From: Andalucia godoyi And28
Lineage: Eukaryota; Protista; Jakobida
Direction: 5' to 3'
NCBI GenBank assembly: GCA_009859145.1
Contig: VRVR01000009.1
Location: 124,001 to 188,000 of the forward strand
DNA length: 64,000 bases
Part shown: positions 8,627 to 19,578 of the stretch, piece after piece
Layout: each line of letters begins with the position of its first letter
Position numbering within the stretch: the stretch's first letter is position 1
Program-made: the position numbers and the translations under genes
Notes under the pieces: generated by a model
Database searches by the model: none
The model's input: only the letters and a program-made list of their open reading frames with translations
Told to the model about the DNA's origin: nothing

Positions 8627-11600
8627 CTACGAACGTGCGTCCTTCTTCGCCTGCTTGAGAGATTTCTTGCGAATTCGACTCTGACCTTCCATGGCTTGCT
8701 TCCACTGGATGCTCATTTTCCTTGCTTGCTGCCTTCGTTCTGCTATCGACATCTCCTGCCGAGAACCAGACGCAGCAGCGCTCTCCAAATCTGCAGCGAC
8801 AACATCGTCGTCGAGTGCATACGCAATGTTGGACGGTGCTTCTTCACTATTGCTACTGAACAAACCGCGGTTTCTGGAAAAGGAACCAGGTCCTGAAGAC
8901 CAGTGCTGCCCTTGCGAAGATGTGTATCGAGAACCAGTACTGCGAGCCAGAGCCCCGGCCGGTGCAACGCTTGGTCGTGCGTTCGTTCTTCCCGTTGTCA
9001 TCTCCTGGGACGTCTTTAGTAGAGAAACAAAATGTGACTGCTTACGCGCCTTTGTAACACCTTTGTTGAACTTCTTCGACAGCTTCTGCATCTTTTGCTG
9101 CGCAATCTCCATCTGATTCTTCTCATCAGCAAGTAGTTCATCGATCACAGGTTTTGCAGAGCGACTGGCAAGCTCTGCACCAAGAAGCAGAGGAAGCAAA
9201 ATAATCAAGCACACGATGAGAAGGAGGGGTACAAGGAGAGACCAGCTGAAGCACGGTCCTCCCGGAGGGCCGATCAACCCTCCTTTACATCTGCAATCCT
9301 CAAGAGACTTTCCTGCCATATTCACAGTCTCAGTTCCAGAAGGGCACGCCACACACTTTCGAGGACCGCCTGAAGCCACGTATGTGTTTCTCTGGCAAGC
9401 GGTGCAGTGGTCAGATTTCGGGAGCGACACAGTTCCGGGTGGGCAGTCCACACAAAGGTGCGCACCACGAAAACGGGAAAACGTGCCGAGCGCACAGTCC
9501 GCACAAACTTCTGAGCCTTCGTTGGACGCCGCAGTTCCGAAATCGCAAGTAGAACATGTGGTAGAACCGAGAACGTCTGCGTAGTTACCTTTGGCACAAC
9601 GCAAGCAGCTGGACTGTGAAGGTAGATCTTGGAAAAGGCCTTTTGGACACGGAGAACATTCTCTCAAAGAGTTCTCCGACTCCGAATACGAACCAGGCAT
9701 GCACTGTGCACATGTTGCATACAAACTGGTTGTGAAAGATCCATCCGGACACCTGCATGTAGTCGTATTTCGAACTGATTCAAAAAGAGGGAGTGGACAG
9801 CGGAAGATGTTTGCCGTCAGGTCCACCTTGTACGTGACGTTCTCAAAAAACTGCGGAACAGATGCTGAGATGTTGTTGAACGAAAGATCCAAATATACAA
9901 GATTGTGCAACAATCCAATGTCCTCCGGAATGGACTCGTTGAAATAGTTGCTGCTAGCATCCAAATACAGAAGAGTCTGCAGTTGGGAAAACGATGCAGG
10001 AAACGGCTGGAAGATCTTATTCTCTTCCAATATAAGTTCCTCTATTTTTGGAAGAGCAAAGAAGGGAGAAGGAATCTTGAGCCTAATGGAATTGAATGAA
10101 AGGTCGAGATAACGCAGGTGCGGAAAGGTTGCAGAAGCCAGGTTGGGAGAAAAGACATCAAGTCCATTGTGCGACAAATCAGCGAACAACAGTGCATTGC
10201 TTCGAGCAATTCCAGAAGGAAAACTACCGCCGAGTTGGTTATGGGAGACGGAAAGGTACATCAAATCGGGGCTTAGGAATGTGTCTGGGACAACACCAGA
10301 AACGAGTCCACTGGATGAGACGACACCGCACAGATTTGGAGTGTGGAAATCAAAAACGTTGTCTGCAATGTCGCTGTCCGACAGCTTCAGCCATTCAATG
10401 TTTGGAAGAACGAGGCCAGGAGATCGAAAGGAATGAGAAGGAATGTTATTCTTCAGCACGGTGGAGCGAATTTGCGGGAAGTTCTGAAGGACTTCTCCAA
10501 GAGATTCCTCGAACAAGTTGTCCGCGATATTGATATCTCGCAGAAGGTGTTTTGGTCCAAGATTAAGGCTTGTGAAGCGATTCACCTCGACGGACAGCAC
10601 TGTCAAATTCACGTACTTTTGAAGCGCAGCCAAGCTTCCGGTAAACGAATTTCTGGAAACATCAACATACCAGATTGGCGCAGTCCCATTGGAAGACGCG
10701 GATGCAGGAAGCGCTTCCGTAAACGCGTTTTGTGAGAGGTCCAAGTACTCGAGGTGGCGGAGTTTGAACAAAGAGTCGAGATCGCCGGAGAACAAATTCG
10801 AGTGGATATCAAGGATTGCAAGATTTGGAATTCCTTGAGCAAATGCAGTCGGGAATGACCCCCGAATGGAATTGTCGGCCAGGTCCAGTTCTCGGAGACT
10901 CGGTAAGCTGAATTTTTCATTCCACTGCGCACTCTCGATCAAGAAGTTGTTGGAACTTAACCACAGGTTTGTAAGAACTGGCATTTCAAACAGCTCAACA
11001 GGAAACGCGGTTCCAGTCAACAGGTTTTGGGAAATGTCGAGTTCTAAAAGGGTGGCTGCAAGATTGGAGACCGCAGGGAGGATTGGTCCAGAGAATCGAT
11101 TCTGCTGCAGAAACAGGCGTTTCAAATCAAAGTTGTCGGTATACAGACTCTGCGGAACAGAACCCGATAGCTGCATGTTTGAAAAGTCCACATCCTCTAG
11201 ACCGTACAGAGCTGAGAATGACTGAGGTATAGTGCCTGAGAAAAGGTTATTGGCGAGAGAGATTCGTACAAGGGAATTTGTTGCAAACTGTGCATGGATG
11301 GTCCCGTTCAAAACATTGTTTGCGAGGTCAATGGACTGCAATTGAGTGGCAACAAACTCTCTTTCGATTGTTCCAGAAATCAGATTGAAACCGCCCTGGA
11401 GCACCAGCAAACTGGTGGACGCCGACAAGAAATCCTGCGGAAAGGTGCCGTATATGTCATTATTGAAAACGACAAAATACTCTACGTTGGAGAAAAACTT
11501 GGAACCGCGGTCTGGAACTGGAAAAAATCCATTGCTACTGGACAGACGCCCCCGAAGACGGTTGTTCTGAATGATGCAGTTTTTGAGAGCATACTGCGAG

Positions 11601-13675
11601 ACGAGAGCAGTGGAGAAGTTCCCGTAGAGCCGGTTGGACTGCAAATCGAGGTATTCCAGAGTTCTTGACAAATATCGGATGCTGTCTGGAATGCCTCCGT
11701 CAAGATTATTAAATGCCGCGTTCAGAGATCGCAGTTTTGTCGACCCAAGGTCGGCAGACAGAGGCCCTGAAATGAAGTTGTCTTCGAAGTGTAGATACTG
11801 GAGGCTAGAAGAAACGGACAAATGCAGTGGGAAGGTCCCGTTGAAGCGGTTGAAAGATATGAGCACTTTTCGTAGTCGAGGTCCAAGAGAAGAAGGCAGA
11901 GACCCTGTGAAGTCATTGTACTGCAGATTCACATACTCCAAAGAAGGCACCGCCCAGAAATCCTCGGAAATCTTTGCGCTTAGATAGTTGGATTCACAAT
12001 TAAGCCTTTTCAGAGATTTCCATTCGTGAATGTTCGACGGAAGACTGCCGCGAATGAAGTTGCTACGGAAAGAAAAGTTCGTAATGTTCTGCTTCCAAAG
12101 TGTGAGACTTGACGGAAGCGCACCTGAGAATAAGTTATCGGATAAGTCGACATCGACAAGTGTTGACAAGGCACCAAGTGCGGCTGGCAGATTACCGGAC
12201 AGCTGGTTGTGCTGGGCATGGAAGACCTTTAGTTTCCTGAGTCGTCCAAGTGTTTCCGAGAGTGGACCTGTTAGCCGGTTGTTGTTGATTCCCAAATCTA
12301 TGAGCTCCGTATAGCTGTACAGGGATTCCGGAATTGGGCCGGAAATATCGTTTCCACCAATTCTCAGTTTCCGGATGACGGATGAATTCACAATAGGATC
12401 TGGGATTGGTCCAGAGAAGGCGTTATTCTCGATGTCGAAAACATCCAGTAGAGTGAGATTGTGAACCCAGTAAGGAACAAGTCCTGCAAGATGATTGTGC
12501 CCAAAGCCCAGTACCGTCAGATGTCGTAACGTAGATATTTCTGTTGGAATGTATCCGTCCAGGCTGTTGCCACTGAAATCCAGGAAGGTCAGATTTGTCA
12601 TCACAGCAACGTCCGGGGGAATCGTTCCTGAAAACCTGTTCCAGGAAACATCGAGGTGAGTGACAGTAGGAAATTGTCGAAACAGAGAGGTCTCGGGGTT
12701 TCGAGATTTCCCGAGCAGTTGTCCGGAGAGATAGTTGTGACTGATATCAATCACGGACACATTCGTCGACAGCGCGTAAATCGATGGGAGCTCTCCTTCG
12801 AACTGATTGAACGATAAATCCAGTTTGTCGAGAGAAGAAAAAGACCAAATTCCCGGAGGAATCTCTTTCATGATCCCATTATGAGATAGATTGAGGTATA
12901 TCAAACCTGCGAGGCCAGTGAAGGAATCTCGCAGCTGGCAGTCCGAGACACCGAAGCCGCTAAGATCAAGGGAGTACACTCGTGCACCTGCATCTGTGGA
13001 ATTACAGATGACGCCATCCCATTGTGTTCCGTTTCGACAAGGGTCAGTACCTGGTGCCAGCCAGTTGGTGTCCCACTTTCCGCCCTGGCAGTCTGAATAC
13101 AAATGCTCCAACGCATAACAATCTGCTTCGTGGATGATTTTGTCTTCTGTCCGACACAAAATGGAGTTGATCTGCAGGTAAAAGAACACAGTGTACTCGG
13201 TTTCCACGTATCCGTACATCATCAGGGTGTAGGTTCCATTGGTGAACATTTTCGTGCCGCCAACCGTCCGTGAATCATCATGCCTCAAAATGATCATTGG
13301 CTCAGATCCAAATAATTCACCCTTCCACTCGCAACAAGAATAGTCGACGCACCAGTTGGCCTCCATTTCATCATAATCTGCTTCTCCACGGGGAAACAAT
13401 GATCTGCTGGATATGTACACATCCACATCTCCGTTCTCAGATGTCGCATTGACCGTCATGAAGACGTCCACCAGATCGTCAACAATATCGATGTATAAAT
13501 ACTGCAGCTCGCCTTCTCCGATTTTGCCAACATACTTTTCGTTCGGAACAATCTTCGTCCTCGGAGCATTCAAGTTCGGATAGTCGGATCCATAGGTATT
13601 TCTGCACACGGCAGCCGCAAACGGAAACAGCACACATGTCAGTGCGAGAGCCGCTAAGACAGAGGCTACGTGCAT
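8627..13675 (-). CDS. Large type-I membrane LRR receptor-like protein: signal peptide, beta-sandwich (PPC-like) N-domain, plant-type LRRs, Cys-rich TNFR/ephrin-receptor-like repeats, TM, tail without kinase
   Basis: Signal MHVASVLAALALTCVLFPFAAA; cap DPC..TQWDGVICN; dozens of LxxLxxLDLSxNxFxGxIP repeats; CxxCxxGxY repeats; TM LLVPLLLIVCLIILLPLLLGA. Confidence 0.9.
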   Translation of the reverse strand: MHVASVLAALALTCVLFPFAAAVCRNTYGSDYPNLNAPRTKIVPNEKYVGKIGEGELQYLYIDIVDDLVDVFMTVNATSENGDVDVYISSRSLFPRGEADYDEMEANWCVDYSCCEWKGELFGSEPMIILRHDDSRTVGGTKMFTNGTYTLMMYGYVETEYTVFFYLQINSILCRTEDKIIHEADCYALEHLYSDCQGGKWDTNWLAPGTDPCRNGTQWDGVICNSTDAGARVYSLDLSGFGVSDCQLRDSFTGLAGLIYLNLSHNGIMKEIPPGIWSFSSLDKLDLSFNQFEGELPSIYALSTNVSVIDISHNYLSGQLLGKSRNPETSLFRQFPTVTHLDVSWNRFSGTIPPDVAVMTNLTFLDFSGNSLDGYIPTEISTLRHLTVLGFGHNHLAGLVPYWVHNLTLLDVFDIENNAFSGPIPDPIVNSSVIRKLRIGGNDISGPIPESLYSYTELIDLGINNNRLTGPLSETLGRLRKLKVFHAQHNQLSGNLPAALGALSTLVDVDLSDNLFSGALPSSLTLWKQNITNFSFRSNFIRGSLPSNIHEWKSLKRLNCESNYLSAKISEDFWAVPSLEYVNLQYNDFTGSLPSSLGPRLRKVLISFNRFNGTFPLHLSVSSSLQYLHFEDNFISGPLSADLGSTKLRSLNAAFNNLDGGIPDSIRYLSRTLEYLDLQSNRLYGNFSTALVSQYALKNCIIQNNRLRGRLSSSNGFFPVPDRGSKFFSNVEYFVVFNNDIYGTFPQDFLSASTSLLVLQGGFNLISGTIEREFVATQLQSIDLANNVLNGTIHAQFATNSLVRISLANNLFSGTIPQSFSALYGLEDVDFSNMQLSGSVPQSLYTDNFDLKRLFLQQNRFSGPILPAVSNLAATLLELDISQNLLTGTAFPVELFEMPVLTNLWLSSNNFLIESAQWNEKFSLPSLRELDLADNSIRGSFPTAFAQGIPNLAILDIHSNLFSGDLDSLFKLRHLEYLDLSQNAFTEALPASASSNGTAPIWYVDVSRNSFTGSLAALQKYVNLTVLSVEVNRFTSLNLGPKHLLRDINIADNLFEESLGEVLQNFPQIRSTVLKNNIPSHSFRSPGLVLPNIEWLKLSDSDIADNVFDFHTPNLCGVVSSSGLVSGVVPDTFLSPDLMYLSVSHNQLGGSFPSGIARSNALLFADLSHNGLDVFSPNLASATFPHLRYLDLSFNSIRLKIPSPFFALPKIEELILEENKIFQPFPASFSQLQTLLYLDASSNYFNESIPEDIGLLHNLVYLDLSFNNISASVPQFFENVTYKVDLTANIFRCPLPLFESVRNTTTCRCPDGSFTTSLYATCAQCMPGSYSESENSLRECSPCPKGLFQDLPSQSSCLRCAKGNYADVLGSTTCSTCDFGTAASNEGSEVCADCALGTFSRFRGAHLCVDCPPGTVSLPKSDHCTACQRNTYVASGGPRKCVACPSGTETVNMAGKSLEDCRCKGGLIGPPGGPCFSWSLLVPLLLIVCLIILLPLLLGAELASRSAKPVIDELLADEKNQMEIAQQKMQKLSKKFNKGVTKARKQSHFVSLLKTSQEMTTGRTNARPSVAPAGALARSTGSRYTSSQGQHWSSGPGSFSRNRGLFSSNSEEAPSNIAYALDDDVVAADLESAAASGSRQEMSIAERRQQARKMSIQWKQAMEGQSRIRKKSLKQAKKDARS

Positions 13676-14187
13676 TTCACACTGGAAAAAAAAAAATAAT
13701 TAAAAATTAAAAAATTAAAAAAGAATAAAGAGCAAGACAGGGAAAGCGGAGGGGAAAGACGGGGGCGGTAAAAACGAACGTCAGCCTCGTGTTCTCATCT
13801 GAAGGGTGCGCTACTTCAACAAAAAAATAAACAGAAAACAGAATGCAACGCTAACACGGAGAAGACGAAAGGCAGTGGACACTGGACAACGATCTGTTCC
13901 ATGTTCATCTCCAATTGGGAGCACGCTTTCGACATCGTTGACGTCTCTTGCTGTTCGAAACCTCTGTAGATGCTGTGTGCATCCCCGATTCCTGCTGGTG
14001 GACCCCGACAGTCGGCAATCGTCGACTCGAAACCAGGAACAAAAAAAAACAGAACAAGAACGGCCGACTCGGGGCAATGTGGATCATGGTGCTTCTTCCT
14101 TTATTTTTTTATATTTTAATTGAAGCCTTTTCGATTTGCTCGTGTCCTCCTAGCCAAGCATCCTAGTTCCCGGTGGAATTGGATATT

Positions 14188-15861
14188 ATGGAAAACGACT
14201 TCATCCTCGAAGATTGCGAGTTTCTGCGGGCATTACGAGACCGCTGTGCTCCATTGTACAAGAAGGCAACGGAAAGCAATTGGGTGATTGCAGTTCCCCA
14301 ACAGGTTTCCTTGCAGTACATTTTGTTGTCCGTAAGCGTTTTGAAAGCGCATGTTTTGCAGCCATCAAAGTACTTGCAATCTTATTATGCCACTGGATCC
14401 GGGAAGCAGATCAAGATTGTTTCGGATGACAGTGGGCAGGGCTCGAGAGTTGTCACCGCGGAGGGGTTTTCTCTTCCCGACAGCATCCGGATTTTGCGTG
14501 ATGAAAAATATTACACCAAAAATATGAAGCCGTACAGAATTTTGTTGCTAGAGCGACCAATAGAAGGTACTCCTGACCCTCAAGCAGTGGCGAGCGCCCC
14601 GCGGGCAGGTTCGCAACAACGGTCGAGTTCATCAACATCTTTGCTGTATGTGCCAAAAGATGGCTTTGAAACTGTGGGAAATTTGAAGCGATTTCTGATG
14701 ACACATGTTCAGAATCCTCGATTTTACACGGAACTGGAAAACGAAATTGCGATGCTGCGAGACAGCTATGTGCTCGTGGAGAGTCACCATGAAGATCTCC
14801 GCTCGCGTGTGCTCGATCTCTATGAAGAGTTCTGCGAGCTGGCCCTTGAAGCCAGCCCGGAGCTGAATGAACACGTCAAAAGCCAGCCATTTGTTGGAGA
14901 AATGGTACGACATGCAGTGCACTGCTGGATCGTTGACGAGATTTATCCCAAAGTGATTTCTCATCTTCACCAGGTGTTCAAGGAACAAGACCAAAAATAT
15001 GCTCAATGGTTCGACGACTTGAAGTTTCTTCGCCTTTCAAATTTTGACATGCCCTCCAAGTTTCATGCCTTTTCTTTGCCCCCTTCTATTGTTGATGAAT
15101 TGCAGAATATCGATAGCAAGACCACTGTATACGAGAAGGTGCTGTGTCTGCGGAATTGCACAAGAGAGCTGTCCATGGCCGTCCATCTGTTCCAGAAATT
15201 TCGCAAGTATGATGATGGCTTGTCCGGCGAGAACCAAAAAGACGGTATTGAGCCATTGACTACTGAAGATCTGATACCGTTGTTGTCGTTTGCGATCGTT
15301 ACCGCGCAACTACCCCATGCGCAGTCGACGGTGGAGTTTCTTCAACTTCTGCAGCTCCCTGAATTTTCAGTGAGTGAGCTGGGCTTTTACGTTGTTTCCT
15401 TTCGTGCTGCTCTGGAGTTCGTCAAATCGGTGCGAGACAAAAAGACAAAAGGTGATAAGACCAGAACAGTAATGGATGACAGTTCTTCTCAGCGGGATGA
15501 ACCAAAACTCTACATGTCTTTGCTGAAGGAGGAAGAGCACGCGGATTTAACGGATGAATCCATAAGAAGATCCCGACGGCATACTTTATTGCCAACAAAA
15601 ATGGATGGTGTGGATCAGCCAACTAAAAAAAACAATTCAAATTCCGGTTATTCTTTGAAGAGAAGCAGTGAGAATTTCCAAGCGCTTTCTTTGAAGGAAC
15701 AGCTTCCGGTTCTATCGCAGGACTCCGAAGAAACTGAATGCCCTGCTCATTCTAGGCCACCGAGGAAGTCGTCGGATTACCGTGTCATCGTTCTGAATGA
15801 AAAACAGCAAGAGACTGACAGTGGACTGGGGGACTTTCTGTCATCGCTCGTTGATCCATAG
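14188..15861 (+). CDS. VPS9-domain Rab GEF, Varp/ANKRD27-like N-terminus, no ankyrin repeats
   Basis: N-terminal EFLRALRDRCAPLYKKATESNWVIAVPQ; VPS9 core EKVLCLRNC..LTTEDLIPLLSFAIV..ELGFYVVSFRAALEFV. Confidence 0.8.
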   Translation: MENDFILEDCEFLRALRDRCAPLYKKATESNWVIAVPQQVSLQYILLSVSVLKAHVLQPSKYLQSYYATGSGKQIKIVSDDSGQGSRVVTAEGFSLPDSIRILRDEKYYTKNMKPYRILLLERPIEGTPDPQAVASAPRAGSQQRSSSSTSLLYVPKDGFETVGNLKRFLMTHVQNPRFYTELENEIAMLRDSYVLVESHHEDLRSRVLDLYEEFCELALEASPELNEHVKSQPFVGEMVRHAVHCWIVDEIYPKVISHLHQVFKEQDQKYAQWFDDLKFLRLSNFDMPSKFHAFSLPPSIVDELQNIDSKTTVYEKVLCLRNCTRELSMAVHLFQKFRKYDDGLSGENQKDGIEPLTTEDLIPLLSFAIVTAQLPHAQSTVEFLQLLQLPEFSVSELGFYVVSFRAALEFVKSVRDKKTKGDKTRTVMDDSSSQRDEPKLYMSLLKEEEHADLTDESIRRSRRHTLLPTKMDGVDQPTKKNNSNSGYSLKRSSENFQALSLKEQLPVLSQDSEETECPAHSRPPRKSSDYRVIVLNEKQQETDSGLGDFLSSLVDP

Positions 15862-15865
15862 AAGA

Positions 15866-17821
15866 TCAAGAGTTTTTGTACGGAACAAGACCACGTGGAA
15901 CTTGCGTTGTCCGCAGTCCAGCTGTTCTGGGCCGCTGCTTTTCTATAGGAGGGCGGTTCGCAGTCGATTGGTTTTGTGCATGCAACTTTGGGCGTCGATC
16001 GGACGACGCACTGGACATTGCATCTACCATGGAATCCGGCGTTGCAGATCGCGTTGCCACGAGCAATTCTTTTTGTTGCGGACTAGCATCATGCAAAAGC
16101 TTGACTTGAGATGTGCTCTTCAGTCTTAAATTCAGCATGGTAGTCGGCGAATGGGATCTGTGCCCTTCTCCCACCGGCACTCCTGACGCATCCGAACCAG
16201 AAACCTGAGTAATCCAGTGCTCAACAAATTGATTCTTCTGCGGGTCGACAGGCTCTATTTCGGGAATAAAATCTGTGTCATCATATCTAGGATGACCATG
16301 TCTTTTCTTTTCTCCAAGCGATGGGTGTTCAGACAACAAAAAGTTACGATTGGACACACCCGGAGTGAAGACTTCGCCGGGTGTTGCGCCAGCTTTAACA
16401 ACACGAAAGCCGAATCCAAAATCGAACTGAGGGGCTGAATCGCGAACTTGCACGGTGAATGATGGTCTACGTTTCAAAGAATCAGTTCTGGAAGACTCTG
16501 TAACAGGAGACGGCAGTCTCATTTTCTTATCATAGACAGATTGTCCAACCACGACGTTGGAAGGATCATGGGGGGCACTGGAACTCTTCGTCGATAGTGC
16601 TGTGAAATCCTCCTTCGTATCCATGATTTGAATGTCTTTTGCAGAAGGACGATCAATACTATTGGATGATCTCACATCTCTCAATGATGCAGCGGAGGCC
16701 GTTCGAATACTCTTCATTGTTTCGTGGTATTCGTGGTACTTCCGAAACTCCAATTCTTCGGGCCTTGAGATTCGGGGGCCAATCCCAACTGTCTTGCTTT
16801 TGGGATTGAATCGGCAACGTTGAGGAGTCAAGCTTCCAGGTGAACGAGGACGAACAACAGTCTGCGATGATTGCGAGAGATTCAGTGTCTTCTCGATAAC
16901 ATCGATCACCTCTCTGTCTCGAATAATAGATGAGAAAGGTGATGACGGTCTAGTAGGAGAACGGGGACGGCCCAATGGCGCGGACTGCGGACGCAGCTTC
17001 TTGGGAGAGGATTCGTTAGCAGATGGTACTTGCGTATCTGGCACGACAGCTGTTTTCGGGCTCACGGGCGAATCCCGAGCAGGAGAGCGATCGCTAACAA
17101 ATTCGCGTTTCTGCATTGAAACCTGTGGAGAACCAATAATCAGCTCAAATGCACTGGCAGGAGACGACGGTTTCACGAACTCCGAACTCCTAAGCGAGGA
17201 AACACCGCCTTTCGACGAGGAATCCAATGTCGAGGTTAATCGAGGAGAAAGACGAGAAGATGGGGTTCGAATGTTCGCTGGCTTCTGCACGTGAACCACA
17301 GCTTGGGCTGTGGTGTCTGAAGGCGGTGCACTGCGAACGAGCAAGCCTGCAGTGATGGGAATGTGAATTTTCGGACCCGAAACAACCTTCGGTTCGTGCG
17401 GAACTCCTTTGATAACAAGAAACGGCGTTATTGGAACATCAACTTTTTTCACAGACGAAGAATCATTACCAGCACCACTATCCATGGTCAGCTGACTGAC
17501 TTTTGAGCGTCTAGAAATCGATGAATCATGCGATTTTGGAGGGTGGACGCGCGACTTTCGATTCAGCGGCTCATCGGACTCGGGGACAACAGCAGACGGA
17601 TCCTTTTCGTCAGGAAGAACAGTAAGATCCTGAACAAGCGACTGCTGCGATAGCTTCATGGAACCAGATGCCGCACTGCTGGATGCAGAGGCAGCGCTGT
17701 CAGATCCGCGTCCGTTGGGAACATAAGAGATCACTCTTGTTTTTTGATTCTCCGGCCGCTTCTGCTGACCAGCCAGGATTTGCCGAGCAGACTCTGCATA
17801 GATTGACTCTTCTGAAGCCAT
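15866..17821 (-). CDS. Hypothetical S/P/R-rich, largely disordered protein
   Basis: 655-codon ORF, first ATG at 17821 (MASEESIYAESAR...); low complexity, no domain recognised. Confidence 0.75.
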   Translation of the reverse strand: MASEESIYAESARQILAGQQKRPENQKTRVISYVPNGRGSDSAASASSSAASGSMKLSQQSLVQDLTVLPDEKDPSAVVPESDEPLNRKSRVHPPKSHDSSISRRSKVSQLTMDSGAGNDSSSVKKVDVPITPFLVIKGVPHEPKVVSGPKIHIPITAGLLVRSAPPSDTTAQAVVHVQKPANIRTPSSRLSPRLTSTLDSSSKGGVSSLRSSEFVKPSSPASAFELIIGSPQVSMQKREFVSDRSPARDSPVSPKTAVVPDTQVPSANESSPKKLRPQSAPLGRPRSPTRPSSPFSSIIRDREVIDVIEKTLNLSQSSQTVVRPRSPGSLTPQRCRFNPKSKTVGIGPRISRPEELEFRKYHEYHETMKSIRTASAASLRDVRSSNSIDRPSAKDIQIMDTKEDFTALSTKSSSAPHDPSNVVVGQSVYDKKMRLPSPVTESSRTDSLKRRPSFTVQVRDSAPQFDFGFGFRVVKAGATPGEVFTPGVSNRNFLLSEHPSLGEKKRHGHPRYDDTDFIPEIEPVDPQKNQFVEHWITQVSGSDASGVPVGEGHRSHSPTTMLNLRLKSTSQVKLLHDASPQQKELLVATRSATPDSMVDAMSSASSDRRPKLHAQNQSTANRPPIEKQRPRTAGLRTTQVPRGLVPYKNS

Positions 17822-17990
17822 GCTCTCATCCAAACCGTTCTTTGTTCAGGGTTAACGGATTCTTGTCAAAACGGAAAGTTGATTCCGGATATGGTGCTGG
17901 AAATGCCGACTTTCGAGGGCTTTTTGAGCGTCGTTTCGGTTGCCAAAAAAATCCAGCATTCACTACGGCTGTTATGTGACAGACCCCACG

Positions 17991-18454
17991 ACGGATGATC
18001 GTTTTGGGTACCGTATGGACATCAAACAACATCATTCCGGAGGTTTTATCTCACCCATGGGGACGCGATGTTCTTATCGTAGGCCAGTCGAGAATTTCTC
18101 CACAGTTCACTTTTTTATGTTTCTGTTATTTTCCGTTGGTTTTTCCAATCGAAGCTCAAGCAGCACCTTTCATCAAGGACAAGACACATATTTCATGGCT
18201 CCAGAGAGCGGTCTTCCCAACAAACGCAAACCGGTCATGCCCGAAGCTAGCGAGAACCAAGAAACCCATTGATGCCCTCTCGTCGGAGGCGAAGAACAAG
18301 AAGAAGCGATGACCCTTTGATGCAGAGCAATCTGTATGGAAGAGGTGGTGCTCGTTCCCACTTAAAGAAGCAAAAAAAAACATGTGGCTTGGATCTGCCT
18401 TCGGTGACAACCTGGCCGATGACGATCAGTTATGATTCATGTTTTGGCCAGCGG
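17991..18454 (+). repeat. Dispersed repeat family, copy B
   Basis: Same ordered blocks as copy A (e.g. CATCAAACAACATCATTCCGGA, ATGGGGACGCGATG, GCGATGACCCTTTGATGCAGAGCAATCTG, ATGATTCATGTTTTGG). Confidence 0.9.
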
Positions 18455-18676
18455 CTGGCACCCAGCATTTCTTTTCATTTTCACTGTGCATATTAAACAA
18501 AGAAAATGTTTATGGATTAAGATGCACATGCTCAGGAGTGATGACAACCGGCACACAAAAACAAGCCAAAACAAAAACAAAACAAAAAAACACTTGTGAA
18601 ACTCTTCAGCCACCCACTAACTCATGGTATGATCATAGCGCACTTGGGCTTATTCAGCAACACAAAAAACTGAAGC

Positions 18677-19309
18677 TCAAATTAACCTACCCAGGTAGAC
18701 AGCACCTGTTCGTCGCCGCAACAGCTCGGGCCAAGAAACTACGAACAAGTCGCAGATTGGATACAGCAAAACTGCAGATAAACTGAGAGTTCTAACACGC
18801 GCAATACTCTCGACATACACGACAGATGTGTTGCGAGCGAAGACGGTGTTCAAAATGAAAGCAGCAACGCAAATTGGAACACACGTGCCCGGTCCATTAC
18901 AAATCACAATGTGGGGTGATGTATGGAAGACAATTGAAAATGACACAAAAAGAGCTCTAACAGAAGACAGGAAGGTCGAAAAAACCCCTTGATGAACCGT
19001 CCGAGCACGCGGGATTGTAATTACATGATCCTCAAAGTCTGCGCTTGGAGGCGGTTTCACCACAGCAACATCTTCTTGAGCGACGATGAAATGCCGGACA
19101 TCTTTTGCGACTCCCGCGTGTGGTGGGTGGACAGGTCGCAGACTCGAGAGCAGCTTCTTCATTTCGTGATAGTGTCCGCCAGATCCCAGAACAATCATCC
19201 AAGAGAACGGGCGACGAGCGCTGTGGCGTCGCCTGCTATCCGTTCTGAGTCTATTGATCCATGCAAAGGTACTGAACAGAAGCAGTCCAAGGACATAGTA
19301 CGATAACAT
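18677..19309 (-). CDS. ALG14: UDP-N-acetylglucosamine transferase subunit ALG14
   Basis: N-terminal TM, MIVLGSGGH..EM, IPRARTVHQ, CNGPGTCVPIC, VYVESIARVRTLSLS. Confidence 0.93.
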   Translation of the reverse strand: MLSYYVLGLLLFSTFAWINRLRTDSRRRHSARRPFSWMIVLGSGGHYHEMKKLLSSLRPVHPPHAGVAKDVRHFIVAQEDVAVVKPPPSADFEDHVITIPRARTVHQGVFSTFLSSVRALFVSFSIVFHTSPHIVICNGPGTCVPICVAAFILNTVFARNTSVVYVESIARVRTLSLSAVLLYPICDLFVVSWPELLRRRTGAVYLGRLI

Positions 19310-19578
19310 GAAAAGCTTATTGCGGGGTTACCGGTGAAGACCTCCGGTAAAAAAAAAACGTTCACGAATTGGGCTTGCTCAGCTGCTGGCTGCTCCTTTG
19401 GGAGAGGTGGTGGCTTTTGACTTTGGAAAGGAGTAGACGTTTGTCGATTCCCTACGAAGCACCAGGTGGGGAGAATCCTCGAAGGGTTTTCAGCGGGTTG
19501 CTTTTCGCTTGGCTGACGCGTCGTCAGCCTGCATGCATCTCAATATGTAAGCACGTCCTACGGTCTCTGAAAAACCCA

